DNA of 63,820 nucleotides, filler included, from Platydemus manokwari (lineage: Eukaryota): NCBI GenBank assembly GCA_037951405.1. It is 5 parts of 5 records of this genome, joined end to end, with 100 filler letters (N's around TTAATTAATTAA, not from the genome) between each part and the next. Parts side by side here need not be neighbours in the genome. Positions count along the whole stretch, not along the records: positions 21,872 to 42,841 come from JBBMOY011478084.1; 4 more parts are not named here. One strand, written 5' to 3'. Below the pieces are notes generated by a model. The model did not search any database. It saw only the letters and a program-made list of their open reading frames with translations, and had not been told where the DNA came from. Below, piece after piece: positions 27,247 to 39,961 of this stretch; within the stretch, counting starts at the first letter, position 1, and each line of letters starts with the position of its first letter. A program made the translations under genes and the position numbers.

Positions 27247-30200
27247 ATGTTAATTAGAAAGGCATTAATAATTGCTACTTTCATAATACTCTATTCTGAG
27301 ATATCAGAAACTGCAGCAGTAAGACATAGTTTATTATTTTAGTTTTTATTTAGTTTAAAAGGCTTGTAACAAGAAATGTTCTGGATGTAGCTGTCAAGGA
27401 TTGGAAGGTCCAGCTGTAAGTATTTATTTGTTTCGTTTCACTTACAATATTTTAACATAGGGAAATTTGGGGATTCAAGGCCACAGAGGTAAGCCGGGTT
27501 TTAGAGGTCAAAAAGGTGATGCAGGACCGGTTGGGAATTTTGGAATTAAAGGTGGTAAAGGATATGATGGAGATGATGGGCCTAAAGGATCAGCGGTATT
27601 TAAATATCACAAATCTTATCAATATAAATATAAATTTTCAGGGTGATAAAGGACGGCAAGGAAATCCGGGTATAAATGGGTTAAAGGTATTTAATTTATA
27701 AATTATTAAGTTATGAAATTTCCTGTTTAGGGAAACCAAGGGCTTAAAGGGCCTAAAGGTTTTCAAGGTGAAGAAGGATGCTGTGGAATGAAAGTTTGTC
27801 ATTATTATATAACTAATTGTAAGTTAAATATACTTTAGGGACCAAAAGGTAAAATGGGCTCGCAAGGTTTTGATGGGTTACGTGGAAATCCCGGGCCAAT
27901 GGGGGCAAAGGGAGAAAAGGTAGAAAAAAATCATAAAATTTAAAAATTAAATTATTATATTTAGGGTCCAAAAGGAATATGTCTAGAAGTATCTGAAAGA
28001 GGACCTTTTGGAATCAAGGGTAGTCAGGGATATAAAGGAAAGAAAGGTCCTATTGGTCAAGATGGTATTATTGGCCAGAAAGGTGATAAAGGTTTTAGCG
28101 GTTACAAGGTTTGTTAATTTTAAAAAGTATTGTACAAATTATTATTCTTTTTACAGGGTATTCAGGGAGAATCTGGAAATCGTGGATCAAAAGGCCCTAA
28201 AGGATTCGAACAAAAACAAAAATTGATCAAAGTAATTCAAATTAATTTCATTAATATTTACTTTTGAAATAGGGAATAAAAGGAGAAGTTGGAGAAGTTG
28301 GTCAAAAAGGTCACTCTTATAAACTTTTGGTAGTACAGGGTCCTAATCATCACATAATGTAAATTTGATTATTACTGTATATTAAATAATCCTTTTTTGA
28401 AATTTAGAAAAGGTAAAAAGGGTAAAACAGGTCAAATAGGTTTTCCTGGGGATGATGGTGATTCGGGAACAAAAGGATTAGCGGTAATTTTTTCTTTTCA
28501 GTTAATAAATCATTTGATAAATCATATCAAGGGTTTTCAAGGATTTAAAGGTATCGAAGGTCTCAAAGGCAATAAAGGAGATCAAGGAATCATGGTTCAT
28601 TTATACTTTACTAATTTAAAATTATTGATAAAATCATTATTTTAATAGGGTAAGGATGGGAAAAGTGGTCTAGATGGTGCTCCTGGAAACAACGGTATCC
28701 AAGGTCATGTCGGTAAGCCCGGTCCAATGGGTCTTAAAGGACAAAAGGGTGTTGATGGTGAACCGGGTATTCAAGGAAGTATAGGGCCAAAAGGAAATAA
28801 AGTAATTAAATTTTTATCAAATTCGCAATATCGTCTTCTTAGGGAAATAAAGGTGATACCATACGTATTTTTGGAACAATAACAGGTTCAAGTGGTGAAC
28901 AGGGTGATAAAGGTGACAAATCTGAATCTGGAGATATTGGTATGGTAGTATTAGGTTTAGAAATATAAATTGTTTCGCTATAGGTGAAAAAGGAAATATT
29001 GGTAAAAATGGTATTCGTGGTAATCCTGGGATATATGGAAAGAAAGGAAATAAAGGATTATCACGAGGTGTTGACCAAAAAGGAAATAAAGGACTAAAGG
29101 GTGAAAAAGGTAAATATATTGTATATATTTATATTTTTTTATTAATGATATTTATAAGGTCTTACTGGTTTATCCGGTAGACACGGAAAAAGAGGTGTAG
29201 ATGGCGTTAAAGGTCATAAGGGAGATAAAGGAAATCCTGGTTTAATTTTAATTGGCGATAAAGGTTTTAAAGGTGTCAAAGGATCTCCAGGACCTATAGG
29301 GATAATAGGTATTAGCATTAATTTGTAATATTTCTGTTAATTTTGCTTAGGTGATAATGGGGAATCTGGATTAATTGGTAATAAAGGTGATATTGGGGAA
29401 TCTGGAATAGCAATGAAAGGCTTGAGGGGTCCTAAGGGTCTGAAAGGCAATCCAGGAAGTGTTGGAAAAAGAGGAAAAACTGGTGTCATTGGAAACACTG
29501 GTGATAAAGGCGATTGTTATATTTGTTCAAATGGCCTAGGTGGATTACCGGGTGATAAAGGTTCTAAAGGACTACCAGGAGACAATGGTCTCCCTGGTTT
29601 CGATGGTGAAATTGGAGATAAAGGGTATCCTGGAGATCAAGGTTTGGATGGTTATATAGGATCCCCTGGTGTAAAGGTAGTTTAATTTTACCAATTATTA
29701 ACATTATAAAAATTATATAGGGTATTAAAGGTTCAAAAGGATTAATCGGGCAATCAGGAATTAAAGGAAATAAAGGTCAATCAATTGTTATTAAGGAAAC
29801 TTTAAAAATTGGAGAAAAGGGTCAGCGAGGTTTACCTGGAACTTCCGGAGGACTTGGTGAAAAGGGAAGCACAGGTATATATGGCTTAGAAGGTATTAAA
29901 GGTCAAAAAGGAAAAAATGGTATGAAAGGAGAGAAAGGTTTGACAGGGTTTACTGGATCAAAGGGATCCAAAGGCAATGCTGGAGATTCTGGCAGACCAG
30001 GAATTACACTTTCTGCACCTCGTGGAGCAAAGGGTAATGTAGGTGATGAGGGTGATTTTGGTATTAAGGGTATCAAGGGAAATAAAGGAAATGATATTGT
30101 TATAAATCAAATAACATCACAAGTAAAAGGTGTTAAAGGTTCTAAGGGCATTCCCGGTGATATAGGTATCAATGGCTTTCCTGGAAATAAAGGTGAAAAA

Positions 30201-33200
30201 GGTTCAAAGGGTGTGGTTGGAGAAGATGGAAAGAAAGGAAAAGATGGATTAGACGGGAAATCAGGATTTATGGGTAAACGGGGACAATTAGGTGACATTG
30301 GGTTTAGTGGTGACGATGGTTCAAAAGGTTTTGCTGGATTTAAAGGTGATAAAGGACAAAGAGGTAGAAACGGTGCAAGAGGTCCTATAGGACAAAAAGG
30401 ATCTAAAGGAATGAAAGGACAAATTGGGGTTAAAGGAATATCACTTATTGGTATTAATGGAGAAAAAGGAGAAAAAGGTTTAGTTGGATCAAATGGAATT
30501 AAAGGTCAGAAAGGTTCAAAGGGCAATCCTGGTTTAGGTGGTCTGACTGGTCATGGTGGTGAAAAGGGTTCATCCGGTGATATTGGAGAAAAGGGTTTAA
30601 GTGGTATGAATGGTGAACCTGGAGACTTTTCATATGGAGACAAAGGACAAAAAGGCCTTCCTGGAGTAAATGGTTTTAAAGGCGAGTCTGGATTGAAAGG
30701 TCCAAAAGGTCTAAATGTAACCCCGGGCATTGAATTAAAAGGAAATAAAGGTGAAATTGGTAATAAAGGAGAGAAGGGCGATAAAGGAAGTTTGGGTATG
30801 AGAGGTATTCGAGGCAATATTGGTGATATTGGAGAGAAAGGTATTATTGGCGCTAAAGGACAGAAAGGTTTCAAAGGAATTTCCGGTGTTACTGGAAAAA
30901 AAGGCGCAAAAGGTCTAAGAGGATTGGAAGGATTTATGGGTTATAAAGGAATTAAAGGAAAGAAAGGGGTAAGCGGAGAAAAAGGAAACGAAGGTGATCA
31001 AGGCGATAAAGGTAATATCGGTATTAGAGGAGATGTTGGTCTTAAAGGAGATCAATCAATATCATTAAAGGGTTTTAGAGGAGATATTGGAGTAAAAGGT
31101 GAAATTATTAATAAAAATAAATAAATATTATATATATTGTTCAGGTTATGATGGAGAGAAAGGTGATATTGGAGATAAAGGTAAAGAGGGCATTAAAGGT
31201 CAAAAAGGAAATAAACTAAAACCCAGTGATGGTGAAAAAGGATATAAAGGATATAAAGGATTCCAAGGAATGTCAGGTAATAAAGGTAATAAAGGCAATG
31301 CTGGAATGGCAGGAAAAATTGGAAACCATGGCAGCAAAGGAAATACTGGAATTAATGGAGATAAGGGTATTAGAGGATCACCGGGTAGACCTGGTAGACT
31401 TGGTAATAAAGGTATTAAAGGTGCAAAGGGTCTTCCAGGTGACTCTGGCAACCCTGGAATTCCAGTAATGATATATTTTTTATTTAAATGAATTAATAAT
31501 ATTTATAGGGAGCTAAAGGCAAAGCTGGTGAACAAGGATTCACTCCGATTTCAGCAGAGACAGGTGTACAAGGTGTATCTGGAGAAATTGGTTTGACTGG
31601 TTTCAATGGTGAAACCGGTGACGTTGGGAGAATTGGAGATGAAGGATATATGGGTATTGATGGTTTTAAAGGTATGAAGGGTGTGCGTGGTCCAAAAGGT
31701 TTTGTTGGTGAATTCGGAGAAAAAGGTTTTGCCGGTTTAGATGGTATTAAGGGAAACAAAGGTCCGATTGGTATTCCTGGCGTCAAGGGTTTTAAGGGTT
31801 TAAAAGGACCATCAGGTTAGTTATATGAAAAATATTATTAATTATAATATTTATGTTTTAGGAGACGTTGGATTACAGGGTATGATTGGTGACTTTGGAC
31901 CTGATAACGAAGGAGAAATTGGTGAATATGGCCAAAAAGGATTTGTTGGCAAAAATGGTAAAAAAGGTCAAAAAGGTGAAACTGGAGAGTCCAGCCCCAT
32001 GGGTTTGAAAGGTTTTAAGGGTGATACTGGATTTAGTTTGGTTGGAATGAGAGGCGAAAAGGGAGAAATTGGTATTTTAGGTGATATCGGAGATAAAGGT
32101 TTTGTCGGAAAAAAGGGTGATAAGGGCAATTCAATTTTAATAAGTGGAATTCCAGGTGATTTGGGTATTAAAGGAGATAAAGGAAAGTCAGGTGAAAATG
32201 GAAATAAAGGAAAGAAAGGGAATATCGGAATGAAAGTATTGTTTTATTATAATCTTAAATTATAATCTATTTGAACTCAAGGGATTAAGAGGTTTGAAAG
32301 GGCTTTCTGGTCCAAAACCCTCAAATGGTGAAACTGGATACAAGGGAATGAAAGGTTTGAAAGGTTCTAAGGGCATGAAAGGCCAAAAAGGTAATAATGG
32401 GCTAAAAGGAAATGTTGGTTCGGAAGGACTTAGAGGAAATATCGGCTTAAAAGGTGATGACGGAATTTTATTGAAAGGTAGTAAGGGTTTAAATGGACCA
32501 TCTGGTGCAGATGGAATGAAAGGAGAAAAGGGATTTCCAGGTAATAGATTTATTTTACTTTAGCAACTGTAATTATATTTTATCTGATAGGTCTTCAAGG
32601 TGAAAGAGGATTAAAAGGTGTTGTTGGTGAAAAGGGTGAACCTGGGGATTTACCTTTTAAAGGTGAGAAAGGTTTTAGAGGTTTAGAAGGTGCAATTGGA
32701 AGCACGGGATTTAAGGGGAAAGCAGGTAAAACAGGTTTGAAAGGGCATAGAGGGAAAATTGGAAAAACCGGATATACATTTAGAAATACTGGATATATTT
32801 TTGCTATGTAAGATTATGCTAATACTATATTATTATTAATAATTTTTATAGTCATAGCCAATCAGTTAATTTACCGTCATGTCCTAAAAATTCTAAAGAA
32901 TTGTACACTGGATATTCATTTTTAGGTATGAATGGTAATGAAAGAGGTCAAGTGAATGATTTAGCAAGTCCCGCATCTTGTTTATCAACTTTCAACCCTA
33001 TTCCATTTGTATTTTGTGAAAAGGATGAGCAATGTTACTATGCAACGAGAAATGATAGAAGTTATTGGTTATCAAGCTCTTATTCCATGGATATGGGAAT
33101 GAATATCAATGTATCTAATGTTGAGAAGTATATAAGTAGGTGTGCAGTATGCGAGTCTCCTAAAAAAGTATGAATTATAAAAATAATTATACAATTATAA

Positions 33201-33621
33201 AATTTTGCAGATGTACGCTTTTCATTCTCAAACTATTTCTATACCTGATTGTCCGAATGGTTGGTCTTTAATGTGGAGTGGGAACAGTTTCTTTATGGTA
33301 AAGTTTTATAAACACTTAATTATTATTTGATTTCAATTTCAGAGTACTGGTTATGGAGCTGTAGGCGGTGGTCAACAACTTTCTTCGCCTGGTAGTTGCT
33401 TAGGGGAATTTAGAAGACATTTATTCATTGAATGTAACGAAATCGGAATATGTGGTTTTTATGAAGAAAAGAAACATTTTTGGTTAACTGTAACTAATCC
33501 TGTTAATTCCTTTGAAATGACAATGGGTGTAAACGTTAAAACTTCTCAAACGCAAGACACAATCGCCAAATGTTCAGTTTGTATGAGAACTGAACCATTA
33601 ATTAATAATTATGACTTGTAA
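27247..33621 (+). CDS. COL4A: Collagen type IV alpha chain (25 exons, about 1760 aa)
   Basis: Signal peptide MLIRKALIIATFIILYSEISETAA; 7S cysteines (CNKKCSGCSC); long interrupted Gly-X-Y domain; complete NC1 (HSQSVNLPSCP..LYTGYSFL..GNERG..DLASPASCL..RNDRSYWLS..ISRCAVCE..HSQTISIPDCPNGW..SPGSCL..FIEC..CSVCMR). 24 GT-AG introns of 41-54 bp keep the frame (5283-nt CDS by hand count). Alpha1-like vs alpha2-like not resolved. Confidence 0.97.
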
Positions 33622-33754
33622 ATGAAATATATTTTAGTATTAAAATTTTCAATAATTATATAATCAGTTTGATATTTTATAAAAACGCAGTTGTTATTTA
33701 ATTTGTTTTCATTAATTCAAGCTTTCCAGGAAATTCAAATGAAATACTAAAACT

Positions 33755-34225
33755 ATGACTAATTACGTTAATAACAATGAGAATTATTTTTCAAATGGCA
33801 TAAATGGATTAAAAAAATCAAATATTACAAATTATTTATTGGATATATCTTCAAGATATGGTTTTAAAAGTATTGATGATAAATGCATTTACTATTTCAA
33901 TCAGGCTATACATCATATTTGTACAATATTCTATGAATATTTGTCAAAGTATTTTATACAATCAAAAAGTTTAGATTTTGTTAAGTCTGCATTGCTGACA
34001 AAAAATAATGGAGATTTGAAAAACTTTTTTAAACAATTTATGTACTTTGGTTCCGAGGTATTTTATTAATTTCATGTTAGTCAATTAATCCTTTTATAGA
34101 ATTTTTTTATAAATCATGTCTTACGTCTAACGATTTTGAATCGTAAAAGCGGAAAATTTACGAATAACAAACTTACTAAATATTCACTAAATCTTAAAAG
34201 GAATTCTAAATTTCGTAAATTTTAA
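33755..34225 (+). CDS. Uncharacterised protein of about 142 aa, possible bromodomain-associated (BTP) histone fold
   Basis: Exon 33755-34057, 42-bp intron GAG|GTATTT..TATAG, and exon 34100-34225 open in frame to TAA. Intron size matches neighbouring genes. Confidence 0.6.
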
Positions 34226-35737
34226 CCACTAATAATAGACAGATTTAGCTATTTTCAAAAATTCAAATTATGTAGTCTAGTTGAATCTCAAACTTCAATA
34301 ACATTCAAATTTTATTGTATTTATATTTTTGTTCAAAATAAATTGGTGCTTGTTTTTAAATTAGTGGTTTTATTAAATAGTTTTTTGATTATCAGGTATT
34401 TGAACTGAAATAGTTACTTATATACTCAGCTTGGGTAATATTTTTTGCAATTTCAGTGAAACACTTAACAAAATTTTATGCGCATTAAAATAGTCATCTA
34501 TAAGAATTTGTCATATTGTGTATTTTTACATTTTATTTATTTTATATCTTTCAAAATTTTTTTAGCAATTATTACAAAAAGATAAGTTATAGTTTCTGTT
34601 ATAATTAAAAAGTTGTTTTTTATATTTTCCAAATACAATTTTTCTAAAATTTGAAACTTATTTTTATTGTGTTTCAGTCAAATAGTAAATATTTATTTAA
34701 ATTCCGTTAGTCTGGGTTATTCTTCGCAATGGTTCTTTCGTTCCTCCAGAGCCATGTTCGGAAATTTCTGATTTATGTCATCTCTGGGAGCCTCGCTATT
34801 GTACTGATTGGCAGTAATCTGCCATCTCATGATTAATAAATGATTGATTTGAGATTTTTGTTTTGGAAGATACGACTTCTTTATAAATACCTCTACCATC
34901 TGGAGTTCTCTACTCTCGGATCTTCTGGGATCGTCGGTTCTGTTTATATTGTTTCTTTTGGCTCTTGCTTGGTGACCTTTTCGGGTTTATCTCCACGATA
35001 AACCGTTCCATCCCATTCTCCATTTTCATCAAGTATTATTTTCTCATTATTCGATGTGCTTGGGGCATTGGAAGCACTTCCCCAACAACATGATGAATTT
35101 TATATCTTGTTGAATAATAAACTTTACATTGATATCTCTTCCCACAAAATTCATTAACATTTTTAATCCATTATTTTTATTAAATAAACTAAGGAATCAC
35201 TTATATCATTTATATAATTCACATTTAATGTTTTTCACTCACGTATAGTCGTTATTCATTTTGTTTGTTCCTTTCTCTTTTTATTGTTTGTCTTTAAAAA
35301 CTGCGCATTATTTTTTTTTATAAAATTTTATTTTATTTATTACATAAGTATCTATACTAAAAAAACTAATATTTATTTAGCATAAACAAGGCGGTGGAAA
35401 ATCCCTCATACCGGTTTGATTTGGTTATATAATATATCACTTTTGCTATCATTCCTAAAACTATTTGGGAAATGCATTTGAAATCCAAAGTTGACAGCAG
35501 TATCGAATGTTGAGACTTAGCTGTGATTTTTTTATTTATTTTTGAAATTTTTATTTGATGATGAGAGTTGATGAGCAGACTGATGCGGGTGACGAATACG
35601 CGGGTTGAAATATTTTGGTTGTTGTGGATTGAATTGATCTTTTGGATAAATTGCGGACAAAGTTGCTGGCTCTATTTTGTTAAATAATTTCTCCATTATT
35701 TAAAATTGGAGTAACAGTTAATCTATATATTTGTTTA

Positions 35738-35806
35738 TATTGCTATATATAAACTATATAAACTATTGCTATATATAAACTATATAAACTATTGCTATAT
35801 ATAAAC
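35738..35806. repeat. 26-bp tandem repeat, about 2.6 copies
   Basis: Unit TATTGCTATATATAAACTATATAAAC. Confidence 0.9.
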
Positions 35807-36649
35807 CAGAATAATAATACTTCAGTGAATCAGTCACAATAGTTGTACTTAAAAATTATTCAATGAACTATTGTTATTGAATAATTCTTTTTTCATTTTT
35901 CTAAATAAATTCCGAATAATATAGACTTTGCAGCGGTTATTAGTTTTTGAAGAGAAACTGAATCTGTTTTCATATTTAAGAAAAATGTTTGTAAGGGTTG
36001 GTCCTCGACATTTTTATTTGGCATATTTTATTTATTTTTTTATTGTCATATTTGATGTGATGATATTTTCAGGTAAACCGTGACATTTAGCGTATATCAT
36101 AAATTAATGTCTCTTACAATAAACCAAAAGCTTATTTCTGAAAAGAATTTAAGTTGCTGAAATTATGATAGAACAACAATACATTACTTCATTTTTATAA
36201 ATTTCCAATTGATTGACATTATCCAATCGTTTTTTTACTGGCACATTAGTGATTTGAAAAGATAATATAGAAATATACAGCCATCAAAGGCATGATTGTA
36301 GAACTAATAAACAGATATGTATGTAATATTTTAAACACAATGTTCAAATAAGCTAGGTTCTTCCCAATTAGTTGAACCATTGGCAGTCCTACAACAGGTA
36401 GGTCCAGTCGACAAAACAAGGTTTCCTGACATTATGGTGGCAATTTTCTGGTATCGGAAGAGAGCGTGCTTTTGTCCGACCATCGGTCTCACCCCATGTT
36501 TAATATGAATATTACCCATTCTTGGAATCAACCGGAGTTCACGAATATAAATACTCTCCATGCAAAGGAACATAACTGAAATTATTTGCAAAAAATCATA
36601 ATTAATCAACAATACAACTCTGTGAGAATAGGGAGTAACGATAAAAGCA

Positions 36650-38090
36650 CAGATTGATTACCATAGCCATATGTGTAGGCAAGGTGAGTAAGTCCGATCA
36701 GTAAAGTTGGTGATTCATTGTACGGGAGAAAGTTAAACTAAAGCAGAGAAGGAAAAGCCGATGTGAAATGATGAGTGACTATAAAATGAGATGGGACAAA
36801 AACGGAAAGAATGAGATGGGGTGATAGCGGTATGGACTATGATAGTAATTATGAAGATTTTTAATGAATTGAAATTTGAAAATCAGGAAATCATATTTTT
36901 AAGCAATATTAATTTGTTTGAATAATTTTAATTAAAATATAATTTGGTGTCTTGACTTTTCAGTTAGTTTCCAATGCGTGATTTAATAAATAGTAGCAGC
37001 TTTATAGTGATAATAATGGTGGTAAAACTATTGGTAGTAGTGGTGATAACTATAATTAAATTGACAAAGACACTGTAGATGAGGTTGATGATGACAAAAG
37101 AGATGAATGATGATAGGCTACAAAGATAAGTTGGGGTGATTCAATTTAATTAGGTACCAGTTCACGTTTTTAGAAGAGGAAGATGTTGTGATTTTGTTAG
37201 GTTTTGATTTTGTGCCATGTATGTGATTAATAAAATAGAAAGTTTTTAATTGTCTTCTTACTAAGACCTAAGAATGTTATAGTCTTGTAATTTTAAGGGT
37301 TCCAAGATCCAAGAATTACAACTTCGAGGTGGAAGTAATTTCGATTTGGGTTTTTGATCTGGTTGGTTTTAAGGTTTTCTATCAAGTTACAATAAATTTT
37401 CAGATTGAGAATGGCGATCAGCTTTTTCTTATAGTCTCGAACAATGATATCAGGGCGTAGAAGTAACCTAGTGCATCCAAGATGGAGTTATAACGGCAGT
37501 AGCTATTAGCGGATAGGCTTGGTATTGATTCAAGTAAAATATTGCACTTAAGACAAGTCAAATGAAGCTTCCTACCAACACGATAAGAATTTAAATTGAT
37601 AATACTGATCCGAGCTGAAATTCAGAGTCGAGTAATTGAGGTTTATGAATTCTGAGTGATAATCAAAGGTAGCGAATGAGTTTCTTCTGAAAAGAGTCCT
37701 TAATCCAACAATGAAAGAAGACCATGGTTACAGCATCATATAGGCTTTACTAAGTCTCGTTTTTGTGCTAGAAAGTGATAGGGTAAATCTTAACCGAGTT
37801 TACTGGAGTGATACTGAGCAAGACAATGGACTCTTCTGTGTGAAAAATACAATCGATACCAAAGGAAATAGATGTCGTACAGCATGTTGGACCGTGTACG
37901 ACCACAAGGTTTTCATCTATAAATTGATGGAAGTTTTTAAGCTAGCAATTTGAGAGCCTTATCAAGACTGGAAATGTTACGTGGGCAAAAGACGGTCAAT
38001 AGTCACATCAATGAGGTTTCTAAAAGGTTTATCACAACTAATAAAGGATCTGAAAGCACCAGCACCTGTACACAGTGATTGTGAAGCGCT
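36650..38090 (-). mobile_element. Decayed LINE (APE endonuclease to RT start)
   Basis: Minus-strand fragments VVHGPT..ID, CNHGLL (SDH-like), PSWM and YHPISFFPFLS (YRPISLL-like) occur in the expected order. Confidence 0.55.
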
Positions 38091-38208
38091 ATGTTTTTGT
38101 ATATTTATTTTATAAAATCCCAAAGTGCCAAAGAACTGGCCATATCATTAATAATTATAAAAACTTGTAAATCAATTATATTTTTCAAGTGTCAAATTTT
38201 ATAGATTT

Positions 38209-39483
38209 TCATCGACTACACGTATTAAACTGCATAAAATATGCTGCTGTAGGTTGATTAGTATAGACTTCTTTATTTAAGTAATTCATCATATCTTGAT
38301 GATTTTTGGCCATTTGTATATTTTCTTCAGCAGTTTTTTTATCCAAAACGCTTTGTCTCTTCAACATTTCATTTTCAATTAACAGAGAAGATCTTGCTTG
38401 CGCAATTCTTTGCTTGTCAAATAAATCATTGATTTTCTTTTCTTGTTGCAATCTTAGCTAAAAATATATATATAAAGAGATAAATTTTAAAAAATTAAAT
38501 AACTACGTTTTTATCCTCTATCTGCTTTTGTTGCATGTCATGTATTTTTTGAATTTCCATTTTGGACATGCCTTTATATCTATCAGATATATGTCGATGT
38601 GGACCGAATGTTGATATTGCTTGATTAGGATTTTCCGTTAATAAATCACTATTGATAGCGTTTATAATGTGCATTTTTTTGTCATCGTCTTCTTGTTGCA
38701 ATTTAAGTCTTTGTTTGGCAATATTTTCATTTGATAAAGCTTCGTTGTAATTACTCAAAGCAACGTTAATAGCTCTTTTGCATTCTTCTTCTGCACTCAT
38801 TAAGTCACATGCTCTTTTATCCATTTCGATTTGCTTCAAGTCATATAATCTTTTAGATTGTTTGAGCTGATCTGCTGCATTGTTTTTTTGATAAATTTGC
38901 ATATCTAACCACTTTTGCATCATCTCCTTTTGAATTACAGCTCTACTTTTACTGTTTAAGTCCTCACCTTCAAATTTCTGGATGCTTGAAACTCCACATC
39001 TAGGATCATCGTCACAAACCCTTGCAGGTTTATCTTTTTTTAACCCTTCTGGATCATATAAATCATATTCTCTTCTTTGTTCAGGTTTCTGATGTGTATG
39101 CCGAAATTCATTTAAGATTCGATTGAGTTCTTTTAAATCTTTTTGTTGCCTCTTTTCCATTAAAACCTCTATCTTATCAGATCGAATCACATAGTCAGCT
39201 ATTTTTTAATAAATATAAGTTAAATTTTTAATTTATAATTTACCATATAAAGCGTCATTTTCAAGTTGTAATTTTTCTTTAGCCTTTTTTTCGTTGATTT
39301 GATGATTGAGAGCAAGGACATCAATCTAAATATTAACAATTATAATTTTATAACTTTGAATATTACTCCTATTTGTCTAGTTTTGCTGTTAAAAATTCTA
39401 TCCTTGCGTTGTTCTTCTCTGCATTTTCTATTTTCGATTTGTCTTGCTTCCTTTAAATCAAGAGGTAAGTCTAGTTTGTACAT
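38209..39483 (-). CDS. RIBC1: RIB43A-like coiled-coil ciliary microtubule inner protein (4 exons, 379 aa)
   Basis: Exons 39483-39367, 39325-39244, 39198-38507, 38457-38209. MYKLDLPLD..RKDRIFNSKTRQIGID, HQKPEQRREYDLYDP, DDPRCGVSSIQKFEGEDL, DLLTENP, DRYKGMS, YTNQPTAAYFMQFNTCSR. RIBC1 vs RIBC2 cannot be distinguished. Confidence 0.95.
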
Positions 39484-39501
39484 TTGAATTATTTTTAATA
39501 A

Positions 39502-39515
39502 TTTGCTATGACAAC
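39502..39515 (-). promoter_or_regulatory. RFX X-box-like site upstream of the RIB43A gene
   Basis: GTTGTCATAGCAAA on the minus strand, 18 bp upstream of the ATG of a ciliary gene. Confidence 0.6.
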
Positions 39516-39961
39516 GAGTAACAAATTATCGTTTAAAACGCTTTTAATTTTAAGTTTCCACATTAAAACGCTCATTTTTTACTGAAATCAAATTTTTTAA
39601 TTTTAAAATTGAAAATAATTTTGTCGATTACTTTCATGAAATTTTATTACAACTGGCAATTGTTTGACATTTTATAACATTTACCTAAATAAAAAATCAA
39701 CAAATTTCAAACCCTTTTATAATTAATAAAACGAATTTGTGTATAAACTTAACTTAGCCAATGTGCCATTTAGTCATCTTGAAATAAATTCATTTTTTCC
39801 TGTATACAATTCATGCAATAATTCGTAGAATTATTGAAAACTTAATTAATTCAATTTTCAGAAATGTTTTGAACATCCTAGCAAAAATGATTTTCTATTA
39901 AATCAAATTTTTAGTATTTATTTTGTTTATAATTTTTAAAAGTCTTAATTCAAAATATAAA

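Noticed and set aside
30107-31786. Pro-rich antisense ORFs (30107-30298, 30551-30874, 31200-31451, 31493-31786)
   Set aside because: Reverse-complement shadows of collagen GGN codons; no independent gene signal.
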